A DNA stretch of 64,000 bases from Methanocorpusculum sp. (GTDB lineage Archaea > Halobacteriota > Methanomicrobia > Methanomicrobiales > Methanocorpusculaceae), in contig OZ245878.1 of NCBI GenBank assembly GCA_965229365.1, forward strand, positions 1,472,820 through 1,536,819, written 5' to 3'. Position 1 is the stretch's first letter, and each line of letters begins with the position of its first letter. Both the position numbers and the translations under genes were made by a program. The notes under the pieces were generated by a model. It was not told the origin of the DNA and searched no databases. It saw nothing but the letters and a program-made list of their open reading frames with translations. Below, in pieces: positions 23,052 through 32,658 of this stretch.

Positions 23052-23147
23052 AACATACTCAACGTATGTATAAATAACATACTCAACGTATGTATAAATA
23101 ACATACTCAACGTATGTATAAATAACATACGCAAAGTATGTATAAAT
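23052..23147. repeat. 4 x 24-bp tandem repeat AACATACTCAACGTATGTATAAAT, each unit an ACATAC-N5-GTATGT palindrome; 4th unit degenerate
   Basis: Read directly at 23052-23075, 23076-23099, 23100-23123, 23124-23147; abuts the IS copy 2 left inverted repeat at 23151. Confidence 0.85.
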
Positions 23148-23150
23148 AAA

Positions 23151-24495
23151 GAGTCTGTCCAATCGTGGATTCTGTGATATAAACTCATCCCCCATTTACT
23201 CTTGTCGACTTTTTTGGAGGGGAACAATACCTTTATGTATCCCTGCGCCGAGTGGTATGTCTGAATTTCAAGACGAATACGAACCTATTTTCAACAATGG
23301 AGTCATCCCTCCGGATATGTCCATTTGCTGGCTCATGTCCCAGCTCAACATTAGTGACATTGTACGAAAAATCGAACAAACTTATTATTCACTTCATCTT
23401 CGCGATTATTTTCATTATCCCATTGATTTTCTGATAAAACTGACTGTTGTCATGACTTATCGCAGAATAGCCTATCGTCATATTCGGCGTAAAATAACGG
23501 AAGAAGATCTCAGCCACCTTCTTCCGGCAAAATCACCACTCTGGTTACCTTCGCCGAGTAAGTTGCATTACTGTGTGAAATATCGGTTAGGTGAGGAGGG
23601 TATGGAAGTTCTTATGTTTTTGATAAGCAAAAAGATTGTCCATTTCCTCAAATCTGAAACCGAGGTAATTATCGATTCCACTCCTTTAGTTGCAAGCCGT
23701 TATTGTCCCAATAGTCTGTTTAACCCTCATTATCAGGTTAAAATGGATAGAGCACATATTTTGAATCTGGGGGCTTATCCCTTGTTTATGATTCATTCAG
23801 AAGGAACGGAGAATGACAAACCCTATGCGCATTTTATGATTCAGATTGCCGAACTTCTCGGCGTATCCTGTGATCGTGTATTGATGGATGCGGGTATATG
23901 ACTCCCTAGAGCTACACACGTTAATATTTGAGAAACTTCATGCAAAACCCCTTATTCAACTGAGATCTGACGCGCAATTGTCCCAATTAGGTTCAGAGAA
24001 GACCGTAATAAAACAGATCAATACGTTCTGGAGAAAAGGAGGAAATGCCCAAATGTCTCTTACAGAAAAACTGGTATTTCTCTGCAAGAATGGTAAACGG
24101 GAGATGGTAGGAGCATATCTCAGAAATCAGACTATTCTTCATGGAAGGGAGGTAAAAGATGCTATGAAAAGGCGGGGAACGTGCGAACGCAAGCATGCAC
24201 ACCTCAAAAAAACAGTCAAATTTGATGTGGTGCATTGCAAGAAAAACAACAGAGCGCTCTCTGTAATAATGAATTTTATAACGTTCCAATTATTGATGTT
24301 AGCCCATTTACAGAATAGATTTCAGAATATGAATTTTGCAAATTATCGATAAGAAGTCTAAAGAAGTCTGATTTGGCAGATTCCCCCCAATCCCATGTCA
24401 ATAGTGAAACGGTTGAATCATGATATTCCTAGGTGAAGTTATCTCGATCAAAAAAAACTATGTCCAATGGATTGACGTATCGATTGGACAGACTC
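23151..24495 (+). mobile_element. IS element copy 2 (1345 bp), same 15-bp inverted repeats; flanked by AATAAA on both sides (possible 6-bp target-site duplication)
   Basis: gagtctgtccaatcg at 23151; ...ggacagactc at 24486-24495; flanks ...ataaataaa / aataaattg. Confidence 0.8.
23257..24352 (+). pseudogene. transposase of IS copy 2, frameshifted (ORFs 23257..23901 + 23888..24352)
   Basis: gatgcgggtatatgac here versus gatgcgggatatgac in copy 1. A non-homopolymer 1-nt insertion splits the frame. Confidence 0.7.
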
Positions 24496-24559
24496 AATAA
24501 ATTGAGGATGTTAACGTGACCAAATAGTTATACAAATAATCACAAATAAATACTGTAAT

Positions 24560-25186
24560 ATGCCGAAACTCATTCCCCAGTATAAAGATGAGGCAAAAAG
24601 GAAGATTGTTCTTGCAGCATTAGAGGTGATGGCAGAATCTGGATATGACAAACTTACAATGGATGATGTCGCAAAAAAGCTTGGAGCTACAAAAGGGGCA
24701 ATTTATTGGTACTTTCAAAATAAAAATGCCTTAATTCAGGAATTATTAGAAACAATCGACACAGAATTTAGACAGATAGCAGATGATCCTTTTTTTGATC
24801 AAATGAAGAATATCATTATTCCCCCTGCATTAAATCGTCTGGTATTTAATGACGAACTGAAAAAAGAAATATTTTATGAAATTGGTTTTTTAAACAGCCC
24901 AAAAGCTGACATACCCCTCACAAATCCCAAATTTCTTACGGAATTAATTACAATTTTGGAGACACAACTAGCATACGAGCAAAAAAAAGAGCAACTGCCA
25001 TCATTATCTGATAAAAAAAATCTAGCATTGAGTTTGGCCGTATTATTTTCAGGTTTGCAAAGAGGGGAGATATACACAATCCTTTTTTTCGGACGGACAA
25101 GAATCCAACAGATGTGGTTCACTGCCATGAAAAAATTATTAAATTGTGAATTGGCAATCAATCTGATTAAAAAATATTCAGTATGA
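24560..25186 (+). CDS. TetR/AcrR-family transcriptional regulator
   Basis: 208 aa; N-terminal HTH LTMDDVAKKLGATKGAIYWYFQNK. Markedly AT-rich (about 35-37% GC by eye) relative to the flanking genome. Confidence 0.8.
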   Translation: MPKLIPQYKDEAKRKIVLAALEVMAESGYDKLTMDDVAKKLGATKGAIYWYFQNKNALIQELLETIDTEFRQIADDPFFDQMKNIIIPPALNRLVFNDELKKEIFYEIGFLNSPKADIPLTNPKFLTELITILETQLAYEQKKEQLPSLSDKKNLALSLAVLFSGLQRGEIYTILFFGRTRIQQMWFTAMKKLLNCELAINLIKKYSV

Positions 25187-25238
25187 TCATTTGTTGTTTT
25201 ATTTTATTATTGGAGATGACAAAATCAATCCAATATAA

Positions 25239-26579
25239 TCTGTCCAATCGTGGATTCTGTGATATAGACTCATCCCCCATTTACTCTTGTCGACTTTTTT
25301 GGAGGGGAACAATACCTTTATGTATCCCTGCGCCGAGTGGTATGTCTGAATTTCAAGACGAATACGAACGTATTTCAACAATGGAGTCATCCCTCCGGAT
25401 ATGTCCATTTGCTGGCTCATGTCCCAGCTCAACATTAGTGACATTGTACGAAAAATCGAACAAACATATTATTCAACTCATCTTCGCGATTATTTTCATT
25501 ATCCCATTGATTTTCTGATAAAACTGACTGTTGTCATGACTTATCGCAGAATAGCCTATAGTCATATTCGGCGTAAAATAACGGAAGAAGATCTCAGCCA
25601 CCTTCTTCCGGCAAAATCACCACTCTGGTTACCTTCGCCAAGTACGTTGCATTACTTTGTGAAATATCGGTTAGGTGAGGAGGGTATGGAAGTTCTTATG
25701 TTTTTGATAAGCAAAAAGATTGTCCATTTCCTCAAATCTGAAACCGAGGTAATTATCGATTCCACTCCTTTAGTTGCAAGCCGTTATTGTCCCAATAGTC
25801 TGTTTAACCCTCATTATCAGGTTAAAATGGATAAAGCACATATTTTGAATCTGGGGGCTTATCCCTTGTTTATGATTCATTCAGAAGGAACGGAGAATGA
25901 CAAACACTATGCGCATTTTTTGATTCAGATTGCTGAACTTCTCGGCGTATCCTGTGATCGTGTATTGATGGATGCGGTATATGACTCCCTAGAGCTACAC
26001 ACGTTAATATTTGAGAAACTTCATGCAAAACCCCTTATTCAACTGAGATCTGACGCGCAATTGTCCCAATTAGGTTCAGAGAAGACCATAATAAAACAGA
26101 TCAATACGTTCTGGAGAAAAGGAGGAAATGTCCAAATGTCTCTTACAGAAAAACTGGTATTTCTCTGCAAGAATGGTAAACGGGAGATGGTAGGAGCATA
26201 TCTCAGAAATCAGACTATTCTTCATGGAAGGGAGGTAAAAGATGCTATGAAAAGGCGGGGAACGTGCGAACGCAAGCATACACACCTCAAAAAAACCGTC
26301 AAATTTGATGTGGTGCATTGCAAGAAAAACAACAGAGCGCTCTCTGTAATAATGAATTTTATAACGTTCCAATTATTGATGTTAGCCCATTTACAGAATA
26401 GATTTCAGAATATGAATTTTGCAAATTATCGATAAGAAGTCTAAAGAAGTCTGATTTGGCAAATTCCCCCTAATCCCATGTCAATAGTGAAACGGTTGAA
26501 TCATGATATTCCTAGGTGAAGTTATCTCGATCAAAAAAAAACTCTGTCCAATGGATTGACGTATCGATTGGACAGACTC
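25239..26579 (+). mobile_element. IS element copy 3; left end altered/truncated (tctgtccaatcg lacks the leading GAG), right end intact
   Basis: ...caatataatctgtccaatcg at 25239; ggacagactc ending 26579. Confidence 0.75.
25342..26435 (+). pseudogene. transposase of IS copy 3, frameshifted near its 5' end
   Basis: gaacgtatttcaacaatgg (T3) versus gaacgtattttcaacaatgg (T4) in copies 1 and 4; ORFs 25183..25518 and 25401..26435. Confidence 0.65.
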
Positions 26580-26627
26580 ATGCATAGACCAAAATCCTAT
26601 ATCATACCTCATAACATATTATTTATC

Positions 26628-27491
26628 ATGTTAGTTTACATAAACGGGAAATTTGTGCCTGAAGAGCAGGCAACCGTGTCGATCTTTGACCACGGATTCC
26701 TTTACGGTGATGGAGTGTTTGAAGGAATCAGAGCATACAAAGGCAGTGTGTTCCGCCTCAAAGAGCACATTGACCGCCTCTTCGACTCAGCCAAAGCCAT
26801 AGATCTCGATCCGGGGATCACCCGCGCCGAGATTGGCGAGATCATCAAAGAGACTCTGCGCAAAAATGATTTGAAGGATGCCTACATCCGCCCGATTATC
26901 ACGCGGGGTGTCGGAACTATGGGACTTAATCCGCGTCACTGTGCAAATCCCTCGATCATCTGTGCTGCTTCCGCCTGGGGGGCGATGTACGGTGATCTGT
27001 ATGAGACCGGGCTTACCGCGGTGACGGTCTGTGTGAGAAGAAACCCGCCGGACACCCTCCCGCCGAACATCAAATCCCTTAACTACCTGAACAACATTCT
27101 GGGCAAGATTGAGGCAAACTATAAGGGCGGCGACGAGGCAATTTTCCTTGACCGAACCGGAAAACTCGCAGAAGGTTCCGGGGACAACATCTATCTCATA
27201 AAAGACGGCGTTCTCTACACCCCTCCGACCATCAACAACCTCAAAGGCATCACCAGACTTGTCCTTCTCGACATCTGCGCGAAACTCGGCATCCGCTACG
27301 AGATCTGCGAGCTTGGGCTCTTCGACCTCTACACCTCCGATGAAGTTATGGTCACAGGAACGGCTGCAGAAATCTGTGCAATCACCAAAATCGACGGCAG
27401 AACGATCGGAACCGGCGTTCCAGGGCCAGTCTACAAAAAACTTCTTGCAGCATTCCAGACGGAAACCCAGAATTCCGGCGATGCATACTGA
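26628..27491 (+). CDS. ilvE: branched-chain amino acid aminotransferase (class IV PLP fold)
   Basis: [18 protein letters not shown] and class IV catalytic-region motifs. Listed ORF start 26556 lies inside the IS, so the internal ATG at 26628 (MLVYINGKF) is taken as the start. Confidence 0.8.
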   Translation: MLVYINGKFVPEEQATVSIFDHGFLYGDGVFEGIRAYKGSVFRLKEHIDRLFDSAKAIDLDPGITRAEIGEIIKETLRKNDLKDAYIRPIITRGVGTMGLNPRHCANPSIICAASAWGAMYGDLYETGLTAVTVCVRRNPPDTLPPNIKSLNYLNNILGKIEANYKGGDEAIFLDRTGKLAEGSGDNIYLIKDGVLYTPPTINNLKGITRLVLLDICAKLGIRYEICELGLFDLYTSDEVMVTGTAAEICAITKIDGRTIGTGVPGPVYKKLLAAFQTETQNSGDAY

Positions 27492-27559
27492 TCCTGAAAC
27501 TATCAGGTATCAATCACAATCTTTTTATAAATCAGCGTAGACTATTATAGGCAGTTTGA

Positions 27560-27632
27560 GCTGATATAGTGTAGAGGCCAATCATGCCGGCCTTTCACGC
27601 CGGCGACTCGGGTTCGAATCCCGATATCAGCA
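27560..27632 (+). tRNA. tRNA-Glu (anticodon UUC)
   Basis: Hand-folded cloverleaf: 7-bp acceptor GCUGAUA/UAUCAGC, anticodon stem CCGGC/GCCGG with loop CUUUCAC, T-arm UCGGG-UUCGAAU-CCCGA, discriminator A, no encoded CCA. Confidence 0.85.
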
Positions 27633-27705
27633 TTTATCGGCGGTACGGATGTGCTGCCAAGTCAAACATGACCATTGGTCATGAGTATTTTCCTGCAGTT
27701 TAATT

Positions 27706-28026
27706 ATGACATTTCATCCCACAACCAATCCTGTTTTCTGGAAGACGATCACAGATAATCTTCTCGCAGATGAGCGCTATGAAAAAGCAGCGGAAGCCTA
27801 TCTCAGGCTAACGGGACTTCTGCCGAATGACGCCGAAGCCTGGAAAGGAAGGGGCAAGGCCCTGATCGGTCTGGAAAAATACGGAGATGCCGTCAACGCT
27901 TTCGAAAGAGCATTGATCCTTTTACCCGATGACAAACCCACCCTTAAATTACTTGCCGAATGCTTTGACAAACTTGGTGCTGTTGAGAAAAAAACGGCCT
28001 GTATTCTCCGAATCAGCGATCTGTAG
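27706..28026 (+). CDS. small TPR-repeat protein
   Basis: 106 aa; A-x3-Y-x-R/K ... W-x-G-K-A-L pattern of about 3 TPR units. Confidence 0.55.
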   Translation: MTFHPTTNPVFWKTITDNLLADERYEKAAEAYLRLTGLLPNDAEAWKGRGKALIGLEKYGDAVNAFERALILLPDDKPTLKLLAECFDKLGAVEKKTACILRISDL

Positions 28027-28074
28027 AGCGTATCGGGAAGATATACTTATCCTCTAAGAAATCAAGAAAATTAT

Positions 28075-28845
28075 ATGCCCGATTTTCAGTGTCCAAAGTG
28101 CAGCGCGGCACTTCAGGTCAAACCAGGCACACAGATGGCGACATGTTCGTTCTGTGGCACGGTCACCTATATCGATTGAAGTTCTGCGCTGTTCTTTCAC
28201 CTGCTTCCCTTCTCAATAGACGAGAGTGCGGCAAAAGGGATTTTTAAACGCTGTACTACCGGTCCCGCCCAAGCCAAGGATCTCGAAGCAACAACAAAGA
28301 TCACGAAACTTACCAAAGAGTTCTTCCCGGTATTCCGGTTCCGCCGGACAGTCAACGGCAGTGAAACCGTTTTTGCAAAACCCGCGAAAGGGACCCTTCT
28401 CCCCGGAATGCAGGACCTCACAATTCCCCCGGGTAATACTGTTGTCTATGATGCGAAAGCATCGACCGGAGATGCAGACGTGATCCAGCCGGATATTGCG
28501 ATCGATTCGTATCTTCCCGAACTCACCGGAACGCCCATTGATCAGGCACTCGTGTACTTCCCGATTTACGAAATCGCCTATGAATATCAGGGGACTTCCT
28601 ATCAGGCAGTCATCAACGGATCGTCCGGAGCGGTTTATACGACCTCGTCTCCGACCCGTAGTTCCAGCGCATACATCGCCGTGATGGGACTCGCCTTCAC
28701 GTTAGGTCTTCTCGGCAGCATTCTCGGCGTTATGGTGAATCCGATCTTTTTCGTTCTTATCATTGCCGGATTTTTCGCAGGAAAACTTCTTGCGGGTAAA
28801 GTGGTCGAGCGGCAAAAACCCGGTCAGGGGGTGAAGGCAGAATGA
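28075..28845 (+). pseudogene. zinc-ribbon / repeat-motif / C-terminal TM-anchor protein, paralog 1; single reading frame interrupted by one TGA at 28177-28179 between the zinc ribbon and the body
   Basis: CPKC...CSFC zinc ribbon (34 aa). In-frame TGA, then an uninterrupted frame through ORF 28408..28845. Motifs FFPVFRF and LVYFPIYEIAYEY; C-terminal hydrophobic helix. Confidence 0.5.
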
Positions 28846-29753
28846 GCGAAGCACAGAAGAATCTTGTTTCGATGACTTGCCCGTCGTGCGGAGGTCAGGT
28901 GCAGTGTGAAGAAGGAGAGGATCTGGTTTTCTGCAAATTCTGCGAATCCGTGTTCGCACTGACGACGGACGAGGGTGCAAATAAGGTCATGTACAAAATG
29001 ACCGTCGATAAAGACAAGGCCCTTGCAAAAGTCAAGGCATGGTTCGGGACCGGCCCGAAAGCAAAAGATCTGCAGAAGACGGCGGTGTTTACCGAGGCAT
29101 ACCCCATGTATCTTCCGTTCTGGCTTCTGATTGCCAGAGGAAAGGCCTGTGTCTACGATATCGAAGAGCAGAGAACGGGAAAAGATAATCAGAAGGTCGA
29201 GATCCCGCGCGAGGCACTCGTCAACCGCGAGTACATCTACTCGGAGATTGCCTGTGAGGCGGGAGATCTGGGGATCCAAAGCATAGTGATTCCGGACCGT
29301 GCCGAGGCAATTTCTTATGACGATCAGGAGATCGTCACATTCGACGTGACCTCTTCGCGTGACGCCGCATACGAAGAAGGCGACAGAGCGATCCGGCAGA
29401 CGGCAGACGAAGACGGAAGTGCCCGAATGGACAAGGTTCACTTCTCACAGTCGTTCTGCTTCCCCAAAGCCTTCACCCTCGTCTACTATCCGTTTTAGAT
29501 TGTCAGATACGCTTATGAAGGCAGAACTTACTTCGCAACCGTTGACGGCATCACGGGACGGGTAGTTTCCGGCAGAGCCCCGGGAGATGCCGGCAGTCAG
29601 AGTACGGCTGCAGGTATCGGCGGGGCACTTTCCGGCGGAGCGGTGGGTCTTGGAATTGGACTCGCTATCGTGACCGAAGGTACGGACATCGGGATCGGTG
29701 TTCTCGTTGTCGTAATCATCGCAGCTGTCGCGCTTCTCGGATATTTTCTATAA
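28842..29753 (+). pseudogene. paralog 2 of the same family; frame interrupted by one TAG at 29496-29498
   Basis: CPSCGG...CKFCES zinc ribbon; motifs MYLPFWLLIARG and LVYYPF*IVRYAYEG. The TAG aligns with Tyr of paralog 1. The frame continues to a Gly-rich segment and a C-terminal TM helix ending at 29753. The ATGA overlap with paralog 1 suggests translational coupling. Confidence 0.5.
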
Positions 29754-29886
29754 CAGATTAAGATATGGAGACGAGATTCTGGAAGGAGCCATGAACGGAA
29801 AAGGCCTGAAGTCAGGCAGAACCCAGAAGAAAGTACAGCCGATCTACAATGAAACATATGACTACTTCAAATGAAGGTGATGCAAG

Positions 29887-30480
29887 ATGCTGTTAAAAGA
29901 ACTTAAATGCCCGGGATGCGGCGCACCGCTCAAGTCCAAAGAGCGCGACATGATGCTCGCCTGCAGTCACTGCGGACGGATCAGTCTGTATGCTGATGGA
30001 AAAGTGGGCGATGTTGCCTACTCAATCGCGGCACCCGCAGACGGTTACTCGGGTGAACTGATCTACGTTCCTTTCTGGATCGTGAATGCCGATCTGAATG
30101 TAAAGAAAGAATCCATATCCAGCGGAAAAATTTCCAGATTTATTTCTGACAAAAGACAGATGCGGGGTAACCGCGACTTCTATGTGTGTGCAGCATCGAT
30201 CCCCGAGGAATTTTGCCGGGAATGGAATATGGAGCTGACGCTTGATCAGCCTGCTCTGAATCTCATTTCCGGCTTCAAGGGCGGCAAACGTGCAGTGATG
30301 ACGATGGAGAAAGGGATTGCCGGAGAAAATGCGGAGTTTCTGTTCCTCCGGTATGAAACGGAGATTCCCGGAACTCTCCAGAAAATGGAGTATGATTTTA
30401 AGATAAACAGCACAAAAGTGCTTTATCTTCCCGCATACAAAATCACTGACAAGTATGTATTAGGTATTTCTCATGAGTAA
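29887..30480 (+). CDS. paralog 3 of the zinc-ribbon family (intact, no TM segment)
   Basis: CPGCGA...CSHCGR zinc ribbon; motifs LIYVPFWIVNADL and VLYLPAYKITDKYVLGIS. Confidence 0.55.
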   Translation: MLLKELKCPGCGAPLKSKERDMMLACSHCGRISLYADGKVGDVAYSIAAPADGYSGELIYVPFWIVNADLNVKKESISSGKISRFISDKRQMRGNRDFYVCAASIPEEFCREWNMELTLDQPALNLISGFKGGKRAVMTMEKGIAGENAEFLFLRYETEIPGTLQKMEYDFKINSTKVLYLPAYKITDKYVLGISHE

Positions 30481-30817
30481 TGTTGAAGAGAAACGCATAC
30501 GCCTGATTTGGGCATCCATCATATTGATGCTCGGCATTTCCATTCTGGTGACATATCTTGTACCGGCTGTCGGATTCTGGGAAGGGACTGGCATCTTCCT
30601 GACAGGGGTCGGCGTGATCTCGTTTTGCCTTGCCATGTTCATGGGCGAACGGCGTTCCCCGTTTTTCCCCCTCCTCATGATCCTTGCTGGAGTACTTCTC
30701 TTGATCCAGGGACTGCTGACGACGATTTTTCCAGTCATCAGCACCCCGGTCCTGATCGGTGCAGCGCTGGTGATCGTGGCGGAAGGTGCCATTATTTTCC
30801 TGATACTGAAAAAATAA
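30473..30817 (+). CDS. small polytopic membrane protein (3-4 TM) translationally coupled to paralog 3
   Basis: Start overlaps paralog 3 stop by 8 nt (ATGAGTAATG); 114 aa almost entirely hydrophobic. Confidence 0.5.
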   Translation: MSNVEEKRIRLIWASIILMLGISILVTYLVPAVGFWEGTGIFLTGVGVISFCLAMFMGERRSPFFPLLMILAGVLLLIQGLLTTIFPVISTPVLIGAALVIVAEGAIIFLILKK

Positions 30818-30946
30818 GCGAACCATGACAGTAGATTTACGAGACAAAGTTGAGGAAGACCGCTGTCTGATCAAAAAAAAATCCAGCTCTGCGTCCCATG
30901 ATTTCGGGGATACTGGCAGAAAGAGGATATTCGTATTGCCGATTCG

Positions 30947-31366
30947 ATGCTGCGCCTACAGCTTGCCGACGAATTGAAAAAAAACGTTCTCCTGCCTCTG
31001 GAGCAGACCCGCGAGTCGGCAAGCCGGGCACTCGAGCTTGATCTGATGAACGATCTTGCTGCGGCGATCTCGCAGGCAAAGACCGCTGAAGTAAAGATCC
31101 GTCATGCCGAGCAGGGATACTCGGGCATCTCGCCGGCAACCCGTGTCAAGACGCCGGAGCTGAAAACCCTGTATGAATATGATCTCGAGTTGCTTGACGG
31201 AATCCGTGCGATCGGCGATCTTGCGAAGGCCGCATTCAGCAGTGCCGATGCAGGAAACTTTAACAAAACCGCGGACAGACTCCGGGAAATCAAATCAGGG
31301 TTCAGCGAGTTTACGGTGATATTCGACAAACGCAGCGTTGACATTGCAGGCATTGGTGCATTCTAA
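30947..31366 (+). CDS. alpha-helical hypothetical protein (139 aa), possible accessory/regulatory component of the SPFH module
   Basis: Predicted largely helical, no catalytic motifs; no alternative ATG upstream in frame. Confidence 0.35.
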   Translation: MLRLQLADELKKNVLLPLEQTRESASRALELDLMNDLAAAISQAKTAEVKIRHAEQGYSGISPATRVKTPELKTLYEYDLELLDGIRAIGDLAKAAFSSADAGNFNKTADRLREIKSGFSEFTVIFDKRSVDIAGIGAF

Positions 31367-31371
31367 TGGGT

Positions 31372-32587
31372 TTCTTCTCAAAAACAAACAAAACCATCGG
31401 CTCCGGTTCGGATATTGAGGGCGCAGAATCCAGAAAAAAGCTTCTACTGGGTCGATGATCAGAAGGGCGACAATGTCATCTGGCGTCTCCCGAGAAACGT
31501 TATGTGGAACGACAACGTTCTCGTCCGCGAGGATGAGTATGATATCTTCTTCCGCGACGGAAAAGCCCTCGTTGTTTTCGACCGGCCGGACCGATACGCT
31601 CTGACAACCGAGAACATCCCGGTCCTGAAAAGTATTCTTGGAACCGTTGTCGGAAACGTCCAGATCGGAGAGTTCTACTGGGCACAGAAGCGTGAGTTCC
31701 GGGACAAGTTCGGTACTCCGCAGCCTCTTGCATTCCGCGATGTGGACTTCGATGTTGTCCAGCTCAGAATCTTCGGTCAGTTCTCGTACAAGGTTGTCGA
31801 CCCGCTGCTTCTGATCACTCAGTTCGTCGGAACGAAAGGCCTGACGAAATCTGAGGAGATCGTCGAGTGGCTCAAATCGCAGATCGTCATGATCTTAAAC
31901 GATACCCTCGGCGAGCTGAAAGCCAAAAAGCAGATGGGTGTTCTGGATATGCCAGCATCTCTGCAGGAGATCGAACAGCTCTGCCTAGGTAAGCTGACGA
32001 CCGAAACGGAAGTTTACGGTCTGAAGATCATGAAGTTTGCCGGCCTGAACATCAACATGCCCGAAGAGGTTCAGGAAGCGATCAACAAACGCGGAGCGAT
32101 GTCGGCTCTGGGCGTGAATTATCTCCAATATGAGTCCGGAAAAGCCATTGAAGGCATCGGACAGGGAGCAGCTCAGGGAGGCGAAGGCTCCGGATTTGCC
32201 ATGATGGGTGCCAGAATGGGCGCCGGAATGAGCATGGGCGGCATGATGATCCAGAGTATGGCATGTGCCGGCGGTCAGCCGGCTCCCTTCGGCGGTCACC
32301 CGAGCGCAGGCCAGGTTTCAGCACAAAAACCGGCAGAGAAAATGGAGACATGCAGCAACTGCGGCGCCAAGGTTCCTGTGGGAACGAAGTTCTGTCCCGA
32401 GTGTGGTCAGAAGATGGTGCCGGCTACCGGTTTAACCTGCACAAACTGCGGAGCTGCCCTTGCACCAGGCACTAAATTCTGCCCCGAATGCGGTACAAAA
32501 GTCGAGACCGTCAGGAGATGTCCGAAATGCAATGCCGTGGTCCCTGCCGGAACGAAGTTCTGTCCCGAATGCGGACAGAAACTCTGA
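31372..32587 (+). CDS. SPFH/band-7 (stomatin-prohibitin-flotillin, COG4260-type) protein with four C-terminal zinc ribbons; N-terminus restored across a frame break
   Basis: MGFFSK N-terminus in frame 1 (from 31372) joins ORF 31415..32587 across the A-run at about 31424-31430. C-terminus has 4 x (C-x2-C ... GTKFCPECG) repeats. Confidence 0.7.
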
Positions 32588-32658
32588 TATTTTTTGAATA
32601 TTTTTTCAGCAGATATAATAATCAAAAATATCGGCCTATTTTAATTTGAAAAAAAAAA

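Noticed and set aside
23052-23147. Tandem repeat array considered as a CRISPR array
   Set aside because: Units are contiguous with no spacers, only four copies, and there are no cas genes. It is a simple tandem repeat.
22401-23195. N-terminal YTYVEYVIYTYVEYVIY repeat as a real protein repeat of the methyltransferase
   Set aside because: It is the translation of the 24-bp DNA tandem array through to the IS boundary. A proper Met (MRYAMIND) lies downstream at 23036.
26556-26627. Listed 5' extension of ilvE ([24 protein letters not shown]...)
   Set aside because: The extension begins inside the IS copy 3 terminal repeat. The conserved aminotransferase sequence starts at the internal Met at 26628.
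28177-29498. In-frame TGA/TAG as selenocysteine or pyrrolysine codons
   Set aside because: The TAG aligns with an ordinary Tyr in the paralog. copA stops replace Arg and Gly. No SECIS-like hairpin is evident and no pyl or sel genes are in the window. Point nonsense mutations or base-call errors are more parsimonious. Kept as a finding only for verification.
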